From positions 959,489 through 1,023,488 of the forward strand of contig OZ244904.1 of the NCBI GenBank assembly GCA_965221615.1: DNA of 64,000 bases, read 5' to 3'. Under the pieces are notes generated by a model, which was not told where the DNA came from, searched no databases, and saw only the letters and a list, made by a program, of their open reading frames with translations. Within the stretch, counting starts at the first letter, position 1, and every line of letters begins with the position of its first letter. The translations under genes and the position numbers were made by a program. Source of the DNA: Psychrosphaera sp. GTDB lineage: Bacteria; Pseudomonadota; Gammaproteobacteria; Enterobacterales; Alteromonadaceae. Shown here in pieces: positions 25,806 through 35,282 of the stretch.

Positions 25806-28800
25806 CTAGTGATGCGTCCAGTGATATTTATGCGCTTTTTGCTCCATTTCTTGAGCTGTTGCCGTAGGCATCGCATTAATATCTAAACGGTCAAAGAACA
25901 TTGGCTTAGCTTTGAAGTCACCAGTTAGCACTTCACTCATGTCTTTAGTGTCGTATAAACGACCATTGATCATAGTGTGGCTAACATATTCTGACTTGCG
26001 AATATCAGACAGTACATCACCGTCGATAATTGCGATATCAGCTAACTTACCTGCTTCAATTGAACCTATTTCTTTATCCATGCCAAGAGCTACTGCACCA
26101 TCAAATGTTGCACCTCTGATAGCTTCCCAAGGAGTGAAATTACCTTGGTTCATCATCCACATTTCCCAGTGAGCGGCTAAACCTTCACGTTGACCATGTG
26201 CGCCAATTAAAACACGAACACCATTGTCGCGAAGTGTTTTAGCGTATTTTGCCACTTCAATGTGGTTGTAGTGATCTTCAGGAGCCGTTTCACGGCGGAT
26301 TGATAAAGGTTCAATAATGTATCTAGGTGCATAACGCATTAAACGTTCATTTTCCCAAACGTTCGTTTTGTCATACCAATACTTTTCACCAGATAAACCA
26401 CCATATGCCACAACAAATGTTGGGTTGTAAGCGACTTCTGTTTGACTCCAAAGTTGAGTTAGATCTTTGTATCCACGAGGAATATTAAGAGCGTGTTCAA
26501 GAGTTGTGTGACCATCGATTACCATAGTCGTATTTTGGTAGAACTTACCGCCACCTTCAGGCACAACATTTACACCTAACTCTCTAGCAGCAGCTAGTAC
26601 TTGTTGGCGAGTATCGCGGCGAGGGTGGTTATAACTCTTAACTGATACCGCCCCCTGAGCTTTAGTACGTTCAATGTGATATTTAGCTTCGTCTAAGTCA
26701 TCAATCTTAGCTGTCCAGCCGGGAGATACACCTGCGTATAGGATCTTACCTGTTGAGAAGATACGAGGGCCAATGATTTTACCTGCTCTTTGCAATTCAG
26801 CTGCGGCAAACACTTCGCGGCTATCGTTTGATGGGTCGTGAATCGTTGTTACACCAAAACCGATAGAAGAGAAGTTCGCCCAGTTTTGCTGAGGAATGAT
26901 TTGACGCGAACCTTGTGAACCATGAGCATGCGAATCTATGATGCCAGGGATCAGCGTTTTACCTGTTACATCAAATGTCTTCGTGCCTTTAGGTAAGGTT
27001 ACTTCGCCTTGTTTACCAACAGCTACAATTTTATTGTTTTCAACTAATACAACACCGTTCTCAATCACTTCTTGATTGTTATCAGCATCGCGCATAGTCA
27101 CTACTTTGCCACCAACTAAAGCTATCATACCTTTAGGCATATCAGACTTTTTGTCGAAGCTTAAATCAATACCTTCGCTTGTTGGTTCTGGTAGTTCTGT
27201 TGCTGCACCTTCTAAGAACGCAAAGCTATCAGTTAACTTTCTTGTATAAAGCGTTGATGCATTTGACCAGTGAAGCTTGCTGCTATCTGCTGACCAATGC
27301 ATTTCTGAACCCGATGCTTGAGAAGTTTGTGCTACTGGAACCCAAGTTGACTTAGGGCCAATGCTCTGCAATTTACCTTTCTTGGCAAATGGTGCTACGT
27401 ACGTATTGAATTGATACGTAAATGCAACCCATTTACCGTCCGGAGATACTTTAAATTCTGTAACTTTATCGCCTTTAAGCTCTTCTCTTTGATCAAAACC
27501 ATCAAGGTTAACGCTCATTAGCTTTTTCTTAGTACCAAATGATTTGTCTTGGTATTCAGTGAAGAAAATACGGTCAGATTCTGCGCCAAAGTGCGCATCA
27601 GAACCAGACTTAGCTACACGTCTCATTTCTTTGCCTTTCACATCAGCAATGTAAATACCTGGCTCCATTGACCATTCAGGTGATAACAAGTAACCACCAG
27701 TGAAGCGGTTGAAGATCACTTGTTTACCATTAGGTGAAAATTTAGGCTCAACATAGTGGCCTGGCTCGGTAGTGATAACTTTACCTTTGCCGCCGCGAGA
27801 TTTTACTACTCGAACTGTACCAAGTTTTTCATCATTCCAAGTGGTGTAAGTAATGTATTTACCATCACGCGAGAAGCTTGGATAAAATTCATCGTGTGAG
27901 CTTTGTGAAGTTAAGCGCTTAACTTTGCCTGACTTAACATCGCGGATATAAAGCTTACCTAGTGCTTGATAAACAATTTTATCGCCTTTTGGTGACATAG
28001 TTGCCCAGCGAGTTTGTTTTACCTTCATAGTGTCAGGTGCAACTTCCACTGGAGTGCGGATAGCTTGTTGAACTTGTTTTTGGATGTTAGCTGTAAATGG
28101 AATCGCAGTTAGCTCTTTGTTCTCAATATCGATAGAGTGGAACTTACCGCCTGTCCAGAATACGATGTTTTCACTATCAGGTGTCCAATCGAAGTAAGCA
28201 TAGTTACCTTCGGTACCAAACGTCTCTTGGTTGTCACGTTCCATTTCCGTGTATAGACGCTTGTCGATACCTGATTTTAAGTCCTTGATGTAAAGAACTG
28301 TTTTAGTGTCTTCACGCTTCAAGTATGCCATGTATTTACCATCTGGTGACGGTGTTGGGATAACAGCACCGCCGGCACCACCTATGTAACGTTCTGTTTC
28401 ACCAGTTGCTAGGTCATGGCGGATAATGTTAAACAACTCGGTTGTTGAATTTTTGTTGTACTGCCATACACGACCAGCAGTTATATCTTGTGTGTAGTAG
28501 ATGTACTTACCATCAGGAGAGAACTTAGGATCTGTGATGTTCTTTTGGTTGAATGCACCATGAGAGCCAGATTGGATTTTTGTACCAGAGCCACCTGTAT
28601 GGTGGAAGATCCAAATTTCACCAGCGGCAATTGAACGCGAAGACATTACGCCTTTAGTTACAGCAATATACTGGCCATCTGGACTCCAAGCCGGAGTGTG
28701 AATGGTATTAGATGCTTCCTTAGTTATTTGCTTTAAATTAGAGCCATCTGCATTCATAACCCAAACATTCATCATGCCATCACGATCGCTTAAAAATGCA

Positions 28801-29123
28801 ATCTTACTGCCGTCTGGGCTGTATGTAGCTTGCATATTCCACTCGAAGCCCTTTAATAAAGGCTTAGCTTCACCGCCTGAAATCGGCATAGTGTAAATAT
28901 CACCTAGCATATCGAAAATAATAGTTTTGCCATCAGGGTGAATATCTAAGTTTGACCAAGTAGATTCATCGGTATTGATATTGATGGTTTTGACCGTACC
29001 TTGTGGTTTTGATACGTCCCATTTTGTTCCTTCAGCTTCCTCTGCCACTGAAGTCATGGCTGCACCAGAAAGAATCAATGCAATAGAGCTATTGATTAGG
29101 GTGCGAGTGAAAGTAGATTTCAT
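25806..29123 (-). CDS. secreted TolB-like beta-propeller / amidohydrolase fusion protein
   Basis: The 1105-aa ORF has a signal peptide ending VAEEA. PD40-type repeats recur (SPDGSKIAF, SPDGQYIAV, SPDGKYIYY, SPDGKYMAY, SRDGKYITY, SPNGKQVIF, SPDGKWVAF). The C-terminal metal-dependent amidohydrolase domain carries IDSHAHG and ends in HH. Confidence 0.9.
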   Translation of the reverse strand: MKSTFTRTLINSSIALILSGAAMTSVAEEAEGTKWDVSKPQGTVKTININTDESTWSNLDIHPDGKTIIFDMLGDIYTMPISGGEAKPLLKGFEWNMQATYSPDGSKIAFLSDRDGMMNVWVMNADGSNLKQITKEASNTIHTPAWSPDGQYIAVTKGVMSSRSIAAGEIWIFHHTGGSGTKIQSGSHGAFNQKNITDPKFSPDGKYIYYTQDITAGRVWQYNKNSTTELFNIIRHDLATGETERYIGGAGGAVIPTPSPDGKYMAYLKREDTKTVLYIKDLKSGIDKRLYTEMERDNQETFGTEGNYAYFDWTPDSENIVFWTGGKFHSIDIENKELTAIPFTANIQKQVQQAIRTPVEVAPDTMKVKQTRWATMSPKGDKIVYQALGKLYIRDVKSGKVKRLTSQSSHDEFYPSFSRDGKYITYTTWNDEKLGTVRVVKSRGGKGKVITTEPGHYVEPKFSPNGKQVIFNRFTGGYLLSPEWSMEPGIYIADVKGKEMRRVAKSGSDAHFGAESDRIFFTEYQDKSFGTKKKLMSVNLDGFDQREELKGDKVTEFKVSPDGKWVAFTYQFNTYVAPFAKKGKLQSIGPKSTWVPVAQTSQASGSEMHWSADSSKLHWSNASTLYTRKLTDSFAFLEGAATELPEPTSEGIDLSFDKKSDMPKGMIALVGGKVVTMRDADNNQEVIENGVVLVENNKIVAVGKQGEVTLPKGTKTFDVTGKTLIPGIIDSHAHGSQGSRQIIPQQNWANFSSIGFGVTTIHDPSNDSREVFAAAELQRAGKIIGPRIFSTGKILYAGVSPGWTAKIDDLDEAKYHIERTKAQGAVSVKSYNHPRRDTRQQVLAAARELGVNVVPEGGGKFYQNTTMVIDGHTTLEHALNIPRGYKDLTQLWSQTEVAYNPTFVVAYGGLSGEKYWYDKTNVWENERLMRYAPRYIIEPLSIRRETAPEDHYNHIEVAKYAKTLRDNGVRVLIGAHGQREGLAAHWEMWMMNQGNFTPWEAIRGATFDGAVALGMDKEIGSIEAGKLADIAIIDGDVLSDIRKSEYVSHTMINGRLYDTKDMSEVLTGDFKAKPMFFDRLDINAMPTATAQEMEQKAHKYHWTHH

Positions 29124-29312
29124 TCTTCTCTCCCGAAATAGGGTTGTTGTTATTTATTGTTAAAGTTAACCGGACGAGTCTACTGTAACTCCTTAATCTG
29201 GCCAATGGTTTATCGTTGAAATGGCATAAAAAACAGTTAGTTTATAAATCGTAGAGACTACTTGAATATTAGATTTGCGAGGTGTTAAAGAATATAGAGA
29301 GTAGACTTATTG

Positions 29313-29352
29313 GTGGAAAGAAAGCTAATGGCATTTGTACGCCATTAGCTTT
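29313..29352 (-). terminator. intrinsic terminator of the 459-aa secreted-protein gene
   Basis: The arms aaagctaatggc (29321-29332) and gccattagcttt (29341-29352) form a 12-bp stem. On the minus strand the stem is followed by tttctttcc. Confidence 0.75.
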
Positions 29353-29360
29353 ATGTTTGA

Positions 29361-30740
29361 CTAAGATGGAACGCTGCTGACCAGTCGCATATTACAAATA
29401 TGTCCTACGGTTACATAACTCGCGTTATCAAGAGGTGAACCAGAAGGATCTCCTACACCTAGATCTAAATCTCCTGTGTTTGGAATATCGATACTCCAAT
29501 AACCATATTCGAAATCAGCTTCCCAAGTATTTCTATAACCACGGCTAAAATTAGTGAACGGTGGTAGTGAAACTGAACTAGAACATGTACCTAAATCAAT
29601 AACTTGTGATCCTTCGCCATTTTCATCAGTTATGATGTTAGAAATCTGAAAACCACTGCTTTTTAATAGATAAAGTTGAGCTAATGCACCTTCAACTGGA
29701 TGGTTAGTTGAATCAGATAGCGAGATCTCCCAAGTTACCTTTTTGTATGCTTGTGTCGTCGCATAAGGGATGCCAAAGTCATTAAATGAAGAATAAGGTA
29801 TTCTATTTACATTGCTTTCGCCTGTAACATCATACTGTCTTCTAAAGACAACTTTACTACCAATAATCAACTTATAATTATTGGCAGGGTTAACTTGAGC
29901 GTTCAAATTTGGTCTTATACGAACGTTGATAACTTGGTTTGGTTGTAGGTTAGATAGCGTAATATCGCTATTAGCTGCCAATGGTACCCACCCTGAATTG
30001 AATAGCTCTATGATCCATTCATCTAAATTATTATCTTCCAGTTTAATTATGACATCTTGGCCACGAACTGCGGTAAATTGGAAATAGTCAACGTCGTTGC
30101 TCGCATCCATGTTACCAGTAATGTGATGTTGTTTATCAGATAAAATAGTCGAAGCAGCAACGGTATCGTTAAACTCATATTCATCTAATTGGGTCGCAAC
30201 ACTAGCACCAAAGCTAACGCTAGCGTTACTGGCTTCAACTGCAGTCATAAACCAATAGTAATGGCCAGGCTCAGTTAGAGTTTTAACTACTTCGTCAGTA
30301 TTGCCTGAATTATTGGAGCTTCCCATCAGTGTTAGTGAGTCATCAGGGTTATGTCTGATAATGCTCAAATCAATGTTGGTTCCAGCTGCTTGATCAACGA
30401 GTAATGCTGTTGTTTTACTTGTTTCAGTAATTTCAAAGTGATAGCAGGGATTTGTTCCTTGTTCTATACCCGTTAACGTATACAACGCATTGGTAGAAAG
30501 TGTTGGGCAAACAGGAGTTATTGCATTGGCATTGTCTGCCGTAACTTCTAATTTTGCCGGATTTGGCTTTTTAATACTGTTTTGTGAAATTAATGCTGGT
30601 AGATGTTTGGTAAACAGTTGTACCTCTCCGCCGTTATTAAAGTCATCAGTTAAGTTGTTTGCAAGTGTATTAGTTGAAACTAATGCCGATGCTGCAACTA
30701 ACGCTGTATAAAAAGATAAGTTAAACTTTTTAATTTCCAT
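29361..30740 (-). CDS. secreted hypothetical protein with a pre-peptidase C-terminal (PPC)-like beta domain
   Basis: The ORF track extends to 30812, but I prefer ATG 30740, which follows AGGA. The signal peptide is MEIKKFNLSFYTALVAASALVSTNTLA. The segment GNMDASNDVDYFQFTAVRGQDVIIKL resembles the PPC-domain motif. Confidence 0.6.
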   Translation of the reverse strand: MEIKKFNLSFYTALVAASALVSTNTLANNLTDDFNNGGEVQLFTKHLPALISQNSIKKPNPAKLEVTADNANAITPVCPTLSTNALYTLTGIEQGTNPCYHFEITETSKTTALLVDQAAGTNIDLSIIRHNPDDSLTLMGSSNNSGNTDEVVKTLTEPGHYYWFMTAVEASNASVSFGASVATQLDEYEFNDTVAASTILSDKQHHITGNMDASNDVDYFQFTAVRGQDVIIKLEDNNLDEWIIELFNSGWVPLAANSDITLSNLQPNQVINVRIRPNLNAQVNPANNYKLIIGSKVVFRRQYDVTGESNVNRIPYSSFNDFGIPYATTQAYKKVTWEISLSDSTNHPVEGALAQLYLLKSSGFQISNIITDENGEGSQVIDLGTCSSSVSLPPFTNFSRGYRNTWEADFEYGYWSIDIPNTGDLDLGVGDPSGSPLDNASYVTVGHICNMRLVSSVPS

Positions 30741-31087
30741 ATCTCGTCCTATTGTTATTTTAAATCCACATTTGGGTGGTTGGAAAGTAGCGCTAAATAA
30801 ATAGAGGTTCAACTCTTTAGTACTCTAATTTTAGATTAAATTGTTTAAACTTTGATCTCGAATAAATAATCTATTTCTCTTTTTGTTGGATGGGGAGTAA
30901 TTTTTTCTTAAATGCATACAGCGCGATGGAAACAAGATTTTGTACGGTAGATGCATTAGAGCATAAGGTGGAAAATCGTTAAAATTCGTTAGTTCGTTTA
31001 AGTGTTTATGTTACAACGTCAATTGATGAGCGTAGAAATACTACTTTTCTGAACCGTACATGATAACTACAAGCTATAGGATTTGAT

Positions 31088-31891
31088 ATGAAAGCGGTAT
31101 TTCTGAGCTTTTTATTTCTTTTTTCTTTATTTTCTTTTGCTGAGGCTAGTGCAGAGCCCTCAGCTAATGCAGAGCCTTCAACCACATCAGAGTCTAAATC
31201 TAAAACAGTGACCGAACTTTCTAATCAAGTTGCACAAAAGCCAACTTTTGAACTTTCAAAAGAGATGCAACAAGTATTAGAGCAGCAGGCACTCGAGCAG
31301 AAAGAAAACAGAGAAGTAAGCGATGGTTTAACAACTTCGCAGCGATTTGTTAAGTACTTAAAGTCAGGTTTTTTACATATAATTCCGATGGGAATTGACC
31401 ATATTCTATTTGTACTGGGATTATTTTTAGCAACTTTACAAATGTCTAAGCTATTTTGGCAAGTTACCGCTTTTACTATTGCGCATAGTATTACTTTAGC
31501 TTTAGCAGCAACTGGCGTGATCACACTGAGTGGGAGCATAGTTGAACCGCTGATTGCATTATCAATTATCTATGTTGCTTATGAAAATGTAAGGAAAACT
31601 GAAGTAGATAATTCTCGTATTGTGCTTATCTTCGTATTTGGTTTGTTACACGGTTTAGGTTTTGCTTCAGTACTACAAGAGTTTGGGTTACCAACTCAAT
31701 CATTTGTTGCTTCTCTTTTTGCTTTTAACATAGGTGTCGAGGTAGGGCAGCTCACTGTAATTGCTGCTGCGTTTGCTATGGTGTTTTGGTGGCGTAATAA
31801 GCCTAGCTATCGAGCATTTGTGCAAATACCAGGTTCGGTTTTTATCGGCATGATAGGTTTGTATTGGACGATCGAAAGAGTGATCGGGTAG
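31088..31891 (+). CDS. HupE/UreJ family membrane protein
   Basis: The 267-aa ORF has a signal peptide followed by a low-complexity SAEPSANAEPSTTSES linker. The motifs GFLHIIPMGIDHILFVLGL and LLHGLGFAS are typical of HupE/UreJ. Confidence 0.75.
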   Translation: MKAVFLSFLFLFSLFSFAEASAEPSANAEPSTTSESKSKTVTELSNQVAQKPTFELSKEMQQVLEQQALEQKENREVSDGLTTSQRFVKYLKSGFLHIIPMGIDHILFVLGLFLATLQMSKLFWQVTAFTIAHSITLALAATGVITLSGSIVEPLIALSIIYVAYENVRKTEVDNSRIVLIFVFGLLHGLGFASVLQEFGLPTQSFVASLFAFNIGVEVGQLTVIAAAFAMVFWWRNKPSYRAFVQIPGSVFIGMIGLYWTIERVIG

Positions 31892-32035
31892 CGATCTTTT
31901 TGGATCAAAGATCCTTACGAAATATTAGCTAAGTTATTAAATTTATTGTTGATTTTTTAAACATTTGACTTTAGTCTAAGTTTAGTCGGAATAAAGTAGT
32001 TTCCACTAATAAAATACAACAAAGGAAATCCACCT

Positions 32036-32125
32036 ATGTATTCTTCGCAAAAGGGTATTGGTTTAGGTCCAGTGTGCTTACTAGTATTAGTGTTAGCTGT
32101 GATCACTTTGCTGACTAACCTCTAA
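32036..32125 (+). CDS. candidate 29-aa hydrophobic small protein (not in the ORF track)
   Basis: My translation is MYSSQKGIGLGPVCLLVLVLAVITLLTNL-stop. An AAAGGAAA sequence lies 7 nt upstream of the ATG, and a dedicated hairpin terminator lies 11 nt downstream. Confidence 0.35.
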   Translation: MYSSQKGIGLGPVCLLVLVLAVITLLTNL

Positions 32126-32135
32126 TGAATTTTAT

Positions 32136-32166
32136 TACTGCTTGTATTTAAGCAAGCAGTATTTTA
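32136..32166 (+). terminator. intrinsic terminator after the 29-aa ORF
   Basis: The arms tactgcttg (32136-32144) and caagcagta (32153-32161) form a 9-bp stem followed by ttttaattt. Confidence 0.7.
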
Positions 32167-32211
32167 ATTTCTAATTCTTATCTTAATCCTACACTCTACT
32201 TTGTTATCAAA

Positions 32212-32952
32212 ATGACAGCGCATATTAAAACTAAAATAGAAGACTCTACACTGGTAGTAACCATTGACCGTCCTGAAGCTAAAAATGCTTTGTCTCTTGC
32301 TATGTATAGAGAATTAACAGCTGCGCTGATTGAATTAGATGCAAATCCATCTTTAACTAATTGTATTCTCTACGGTTCTGAGCAATGTTTTACTGCTGGT
32401 AATGATTTGAAAGATTTTCTTTCTGGTGGAAAGTTGAACCGTCAACATCCTACTGTAGAACTTTTGTACCAACTAGCAACAACTGAAAAGCCAATTATTG
32501 CCGCAGTTGCTGGACCTGCTATTGGGATAGGAACAACTTTATTACTACATTGTGACCTTGTTGTAGCAGCTGAAAACAGTATTTTTCAACTTCCATTTGC
32601 TAGATTGGGCTTATGTCCGGAAGGTGCGAGTAGTTTACTCTTACCTAATTTAATTGGTCAGCAAAAAGCGTTTGAGTTGTTGGTTTTAGGTGAAAGGTTT
32701 GATGGCAAAGAAGCTAAAGCTATGGGAATGGTTAATAAGCTGGTGGAGCAGGGGAGTACACTTTCAATAGCTCGAGAATACGCAGATAAACTGGCTAAGT
32801 TACCACAACAAGCAGTCGTGAGTTCAAAGGCGCTAATTCGTGCGGATGAAGAAAAAGTAAAAGCCCGTTTAGCAATAGAGCTAACGCAATTTCAAACTTT
32901 AATGGATAGTGAAGAAGCGCAACAAATCATTAACCAGTTTTTTCAAAAATAG
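32212..32952 (+). CDS. enoyl-CoA hydratase/isomerase (crotonase) family protein
   Basis: The 246-aa ORF has the crotonase pattern V.IDRPEAKNAL, then CFTAGNDLKDF and IAAVAGPAIGIGTTLLLHCD. Confidence 0.9.
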   Translation: MTAHIKTKIEDSTLVVTIDRPEAKNALSLAMYRELTAALIELDANPSLTNCILYGSEQCFTAGNDLKDFLSGGKLNRQHPTVELLYQLATTEKPIIAAVAGPAIGIGTTLLLHCDLVVAAENSIFQLPFARLGLCPEGASSLLLPNLIGQQKAFELLVLGERFDGKEAKAMGMVNKLVEQGSTLSIAREYADKLAKLPQQAVVSSKALIRADEEKVKARLAIELTQFQTLMDSEEAQQIINQFFQK

Positions 32953-32968
32953 TAGCTAAATTTTACCG

Positions 32969-33970
32969 CTACATAGCTAATTTTTTACGATAGAGATTAA
33001 GTAAATATTGGTTAGGTTGTTTCACGCCTGCACCCGTTTTTGTAAGAGGAGTAAGAGCTAATTGCCCCTTTATTTCTCCTGCCATAACTGCGCTTTTTCC
33101 AGCGAGCAAACTTTCAACTGCAAAACCGCCTAATTTAGTTGCTAATGTTCTATCTTGACATGATGCAATGCCACCCCTTTGAATATGACCTAAAATAGAG
33201 GCTCGGGTTTCAATGCCTATTTGTTCCGTTAGCATTTGAGCTAACGACTCGCTACCTTCTTCGTAGGTGTTTTCAGCAATAACAATAATGTAGCTAGAGT
33301 TACCGTATACGGCTAAATGATTATTAATATGTGTTGCTATGTTTTGAATGATTGATTGAGGTTCTATATTCATTTCTGGGCAGATAATGTGTTCAGCTTC
33401 CGCAGCTACTCCGACCTCTAGCGCTAGGTGACCACTGTGTCTACCCATCACTTCAACAATGAAAATGCGCTCAAAAGCATCTGCTGTATCGCGTATTTTA
33501 TCAATGGCATCCAAAGCTGTATCCGCTGCAGTAAAGAATCCAATAGTGTAGTCGCTGCCGTCAATATCATTATCTATAGTTCCAGGTACTCCAATGATCG
33601 GCATTTCGGTTGCTTTGCTTAATTCAGCTGCTCCCCTAAAACTGCCATCACCTCCTATTACAATGAGTCCGTCTAAATTTAGCAGTTTCATATTATCTAC
33701 CGCGACTTGTCTCATATCAGGCTGTAGCATTCTTTCACAACGTGCACTCTTTAATATTGTGCCTCCAAGCTGTGAAATATGTTTCACGTTATGGTTGTTT
33801 AACTTTATGTGGTTATTGTCGATGAGCCCGTTATAGCCACGTTCAAATCCAATACAATTTATATTGTGGTACTCGGCGGTAGTAACTATCGCATGTATTG
33901 CTGCATTCATCCCAGGAGCATCGCCTCCCGAGGTAAGCAAGCCTATATTGTTAACGTTAGCTTGAGTCAT
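32969..33970 (-). CDS. pfkA: ATP-dependent 6-phosphofructokinase
   Basis: The 333-aa ORF has the motifs TSGGDAPGMNAAI, IGGDGS, PGTIDNDI, VMGR and LGHIQRGG. Confidence 0.93.
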   Translation of the reverse strand: MTQANVNNIGLLTSGGDAPGMNAAIHAIVTTAEYHNINCIGFERGYNGLIDNNHIKLNNHNVKHISQLGGTILKSARCERMLQPDMRQVAVDNMKLLNLDGLIVIGGDGSFRGAAELSKATEMPIIGVPGTIDNDIDGSDYTIGFFTAADTALDAIDKIRDTADAFERIFIVEVMGRHSGHLALEVGVAAEAEHIICPEMNIEPQSIIQNIATHINNHLAVYGNSSYIIVIAENTYEEGSESLAQMLTEQIGIETRASILGHIQRGGIASCQDRTLATKLGGFAVESLLAGKSAVMAGEIKGQLALTPLTKTGAGVKQPNQYLLNLYRKKLAM

Positions 33971-34128
33971 CTGCTGTCCTATAACGACGGTTAGATTGAG
34001 CTATCTATCTTTATACATTTTAGTATTCAAAAGATAAATGGTTCCTACTATGGAACTATTATGAACAGAATGAGTCATTTTGATGTATTGATCTAGAATA
34101 ATTTACTGCTGAATACAAAGGAATTACA

Positions 34129-34971
34129 GTGACCGGATTTAAAAAGATAATAACTTTATTAGTATTGGTTTTGACTATTTCTGCCTGCACAGTTAGAACG
34201 GCATATAATTACATAGACTGGTATTTAGCATGGCAAATTGATGACTATGTTGAATTAAATGATGAGCAAGAAGAGCAATTTGAACAAGCCATTGACGAGT
34301 TTATCGTATGGCATCGCTCTCAAGAATTACCTAAGTATAAGCAGATGCTAACTGAGTTACAGCTAGCTATTGAACAGCAAGACAAAGCAAAACTAGAAAG
34401 TGTATTTAATTATTCTAGGACGCTGTGGTTCGATTCAGCAAAACAAGCAGCTCCAAGTATTATTTTGTTACTAGATAAACTTTCTTTGGAACAACGCCAA
34501 GAGCTTGTTAATAATATTAGTACCAAGCAACAAGAAGACCATGATAAATGGCGAGAACGTGCTAAAACAACTTCAAAAACTGAAAGAGAAGAGGAAGAGG
34601 TTGAGGAGTTAACAGATACGCTTGGCGAATTGACTCAACAGCAGCAACAAGAGTTTTTGATTACTTTATCTTCGCTTGTTAGTACGACTGAAATGCGGAT
34701 AAAGTCGAGGGAGCTTTGGTTACAAAAGTTTTCCACTGCATTGACTTCGCAAACAACCATTGACCAACTAACTTTGTATGAATTATTCACTGATATTTCG
34801 AGCTATCGTTCTGCTGAACATATCTCAATCAGTCGGGCTAACCAACAGAAGTATATGGCATTTTTATCAAGTCAATTACCCAGTTTGACAGTCCAGCAAC
34901 AACAACATGTGATAGAAAGCATAAGAGATTATATAGAAGACTTAGAATACTTAATTCAACAAAATAGTTAA
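34129..34971 (+). CDS. hypothetical lipoprotein (helical, Gln/Glu-rich)
   Basis: The 280-aa ORF has a GTG start and a lipobox (LTISAC). The remainder is mostly helical and charged. I did not confidently recognise a family. Confidence 0.6.
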   Translation: MTGFKKIITLLVLVLTISACTVRTAYNYIDWYLAWQIDDYVELNDEQEEQFEQAIDEFIVWHRSQELPKYKQMLTELQLAIEQQDKAKLESVFNYSRTLWFDSAKQAAPSIILLLDKLSLEQRQELVNNISTKQQEDHDKWRERAKTTSKTEREEEEVEELTDTLGELTQQQQQEFLITLSSLVSTTEMRIKSRELWLQKFSTALTSQTTIDQLTLYELFTDISSYRSAEHISISRANQQKYMAFLSSQLPSLTVQQQQHVIESIRDYIEDLEYLIQQNS

Positions 34972-35146
34972 CGATATTAAGCGATGTTGTTTTGTTTCAA
35001 CTTTAACGATGACGCTAGAGCTATTTAACGAGCTTGAAAGTGAACGAAATCGGTACTTTAAGTAACAATAAGCTCTAATCTAAGTTTAATCACATCTTCC
35101 GTCGTTGGAAATTTGTTCAATCAGGCCACAGATAGTGAATTGTCTA

Positions 35147-35198
35147 GTAATAACGCTTTAACTTTGTTCTCGTTCGGGTTAAGTTAGCGCGTTATTAC
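35147..35198 (+). promoter_or_regulatory. long imperfect hairpin in the ORF-free region upstream of msrC
   Basis: The arms gtaataacgc (35147-35156) and gcgttattac (35189-35198) form a perfect 10-bp stem. The stem extends through taactt / aagtta after a 2x2 internal loop. Confidence 0.4.
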
Positions 35199-35220
35199 AT
35201 GTAATTTATATCTAGTATTT

Positions 35221-35257
35221 GTTTATCGCGTTAAATTTAGAGATTTAAACGATAAAC
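35221..35257 (+). promoter_or_regulatory. near-perfect 37-nt palindrome 25 nt upstream of the msrC start
   Basis: The sequence gtttatcgcgttaaat ttagag atttaaacgataaac forms 16 bp with one bulged A. Confidence 0.4.
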
Positions 35258-35282
35258 CACTGATAGTGTTTAAAGGTCTATT

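Noticed and set aside
31225-31539. A 104-aa antisense ORF within hupE. Similar antisense ORFs occur at 45427-45762, 46778-47017 and 41849-42193 within the DUF1302-like gene, the DUF1302/DUF1329 gene junction and pepN.
   Set aside because: They are shadow ORFs opposite well-supported genes, with no RBS or family signal.
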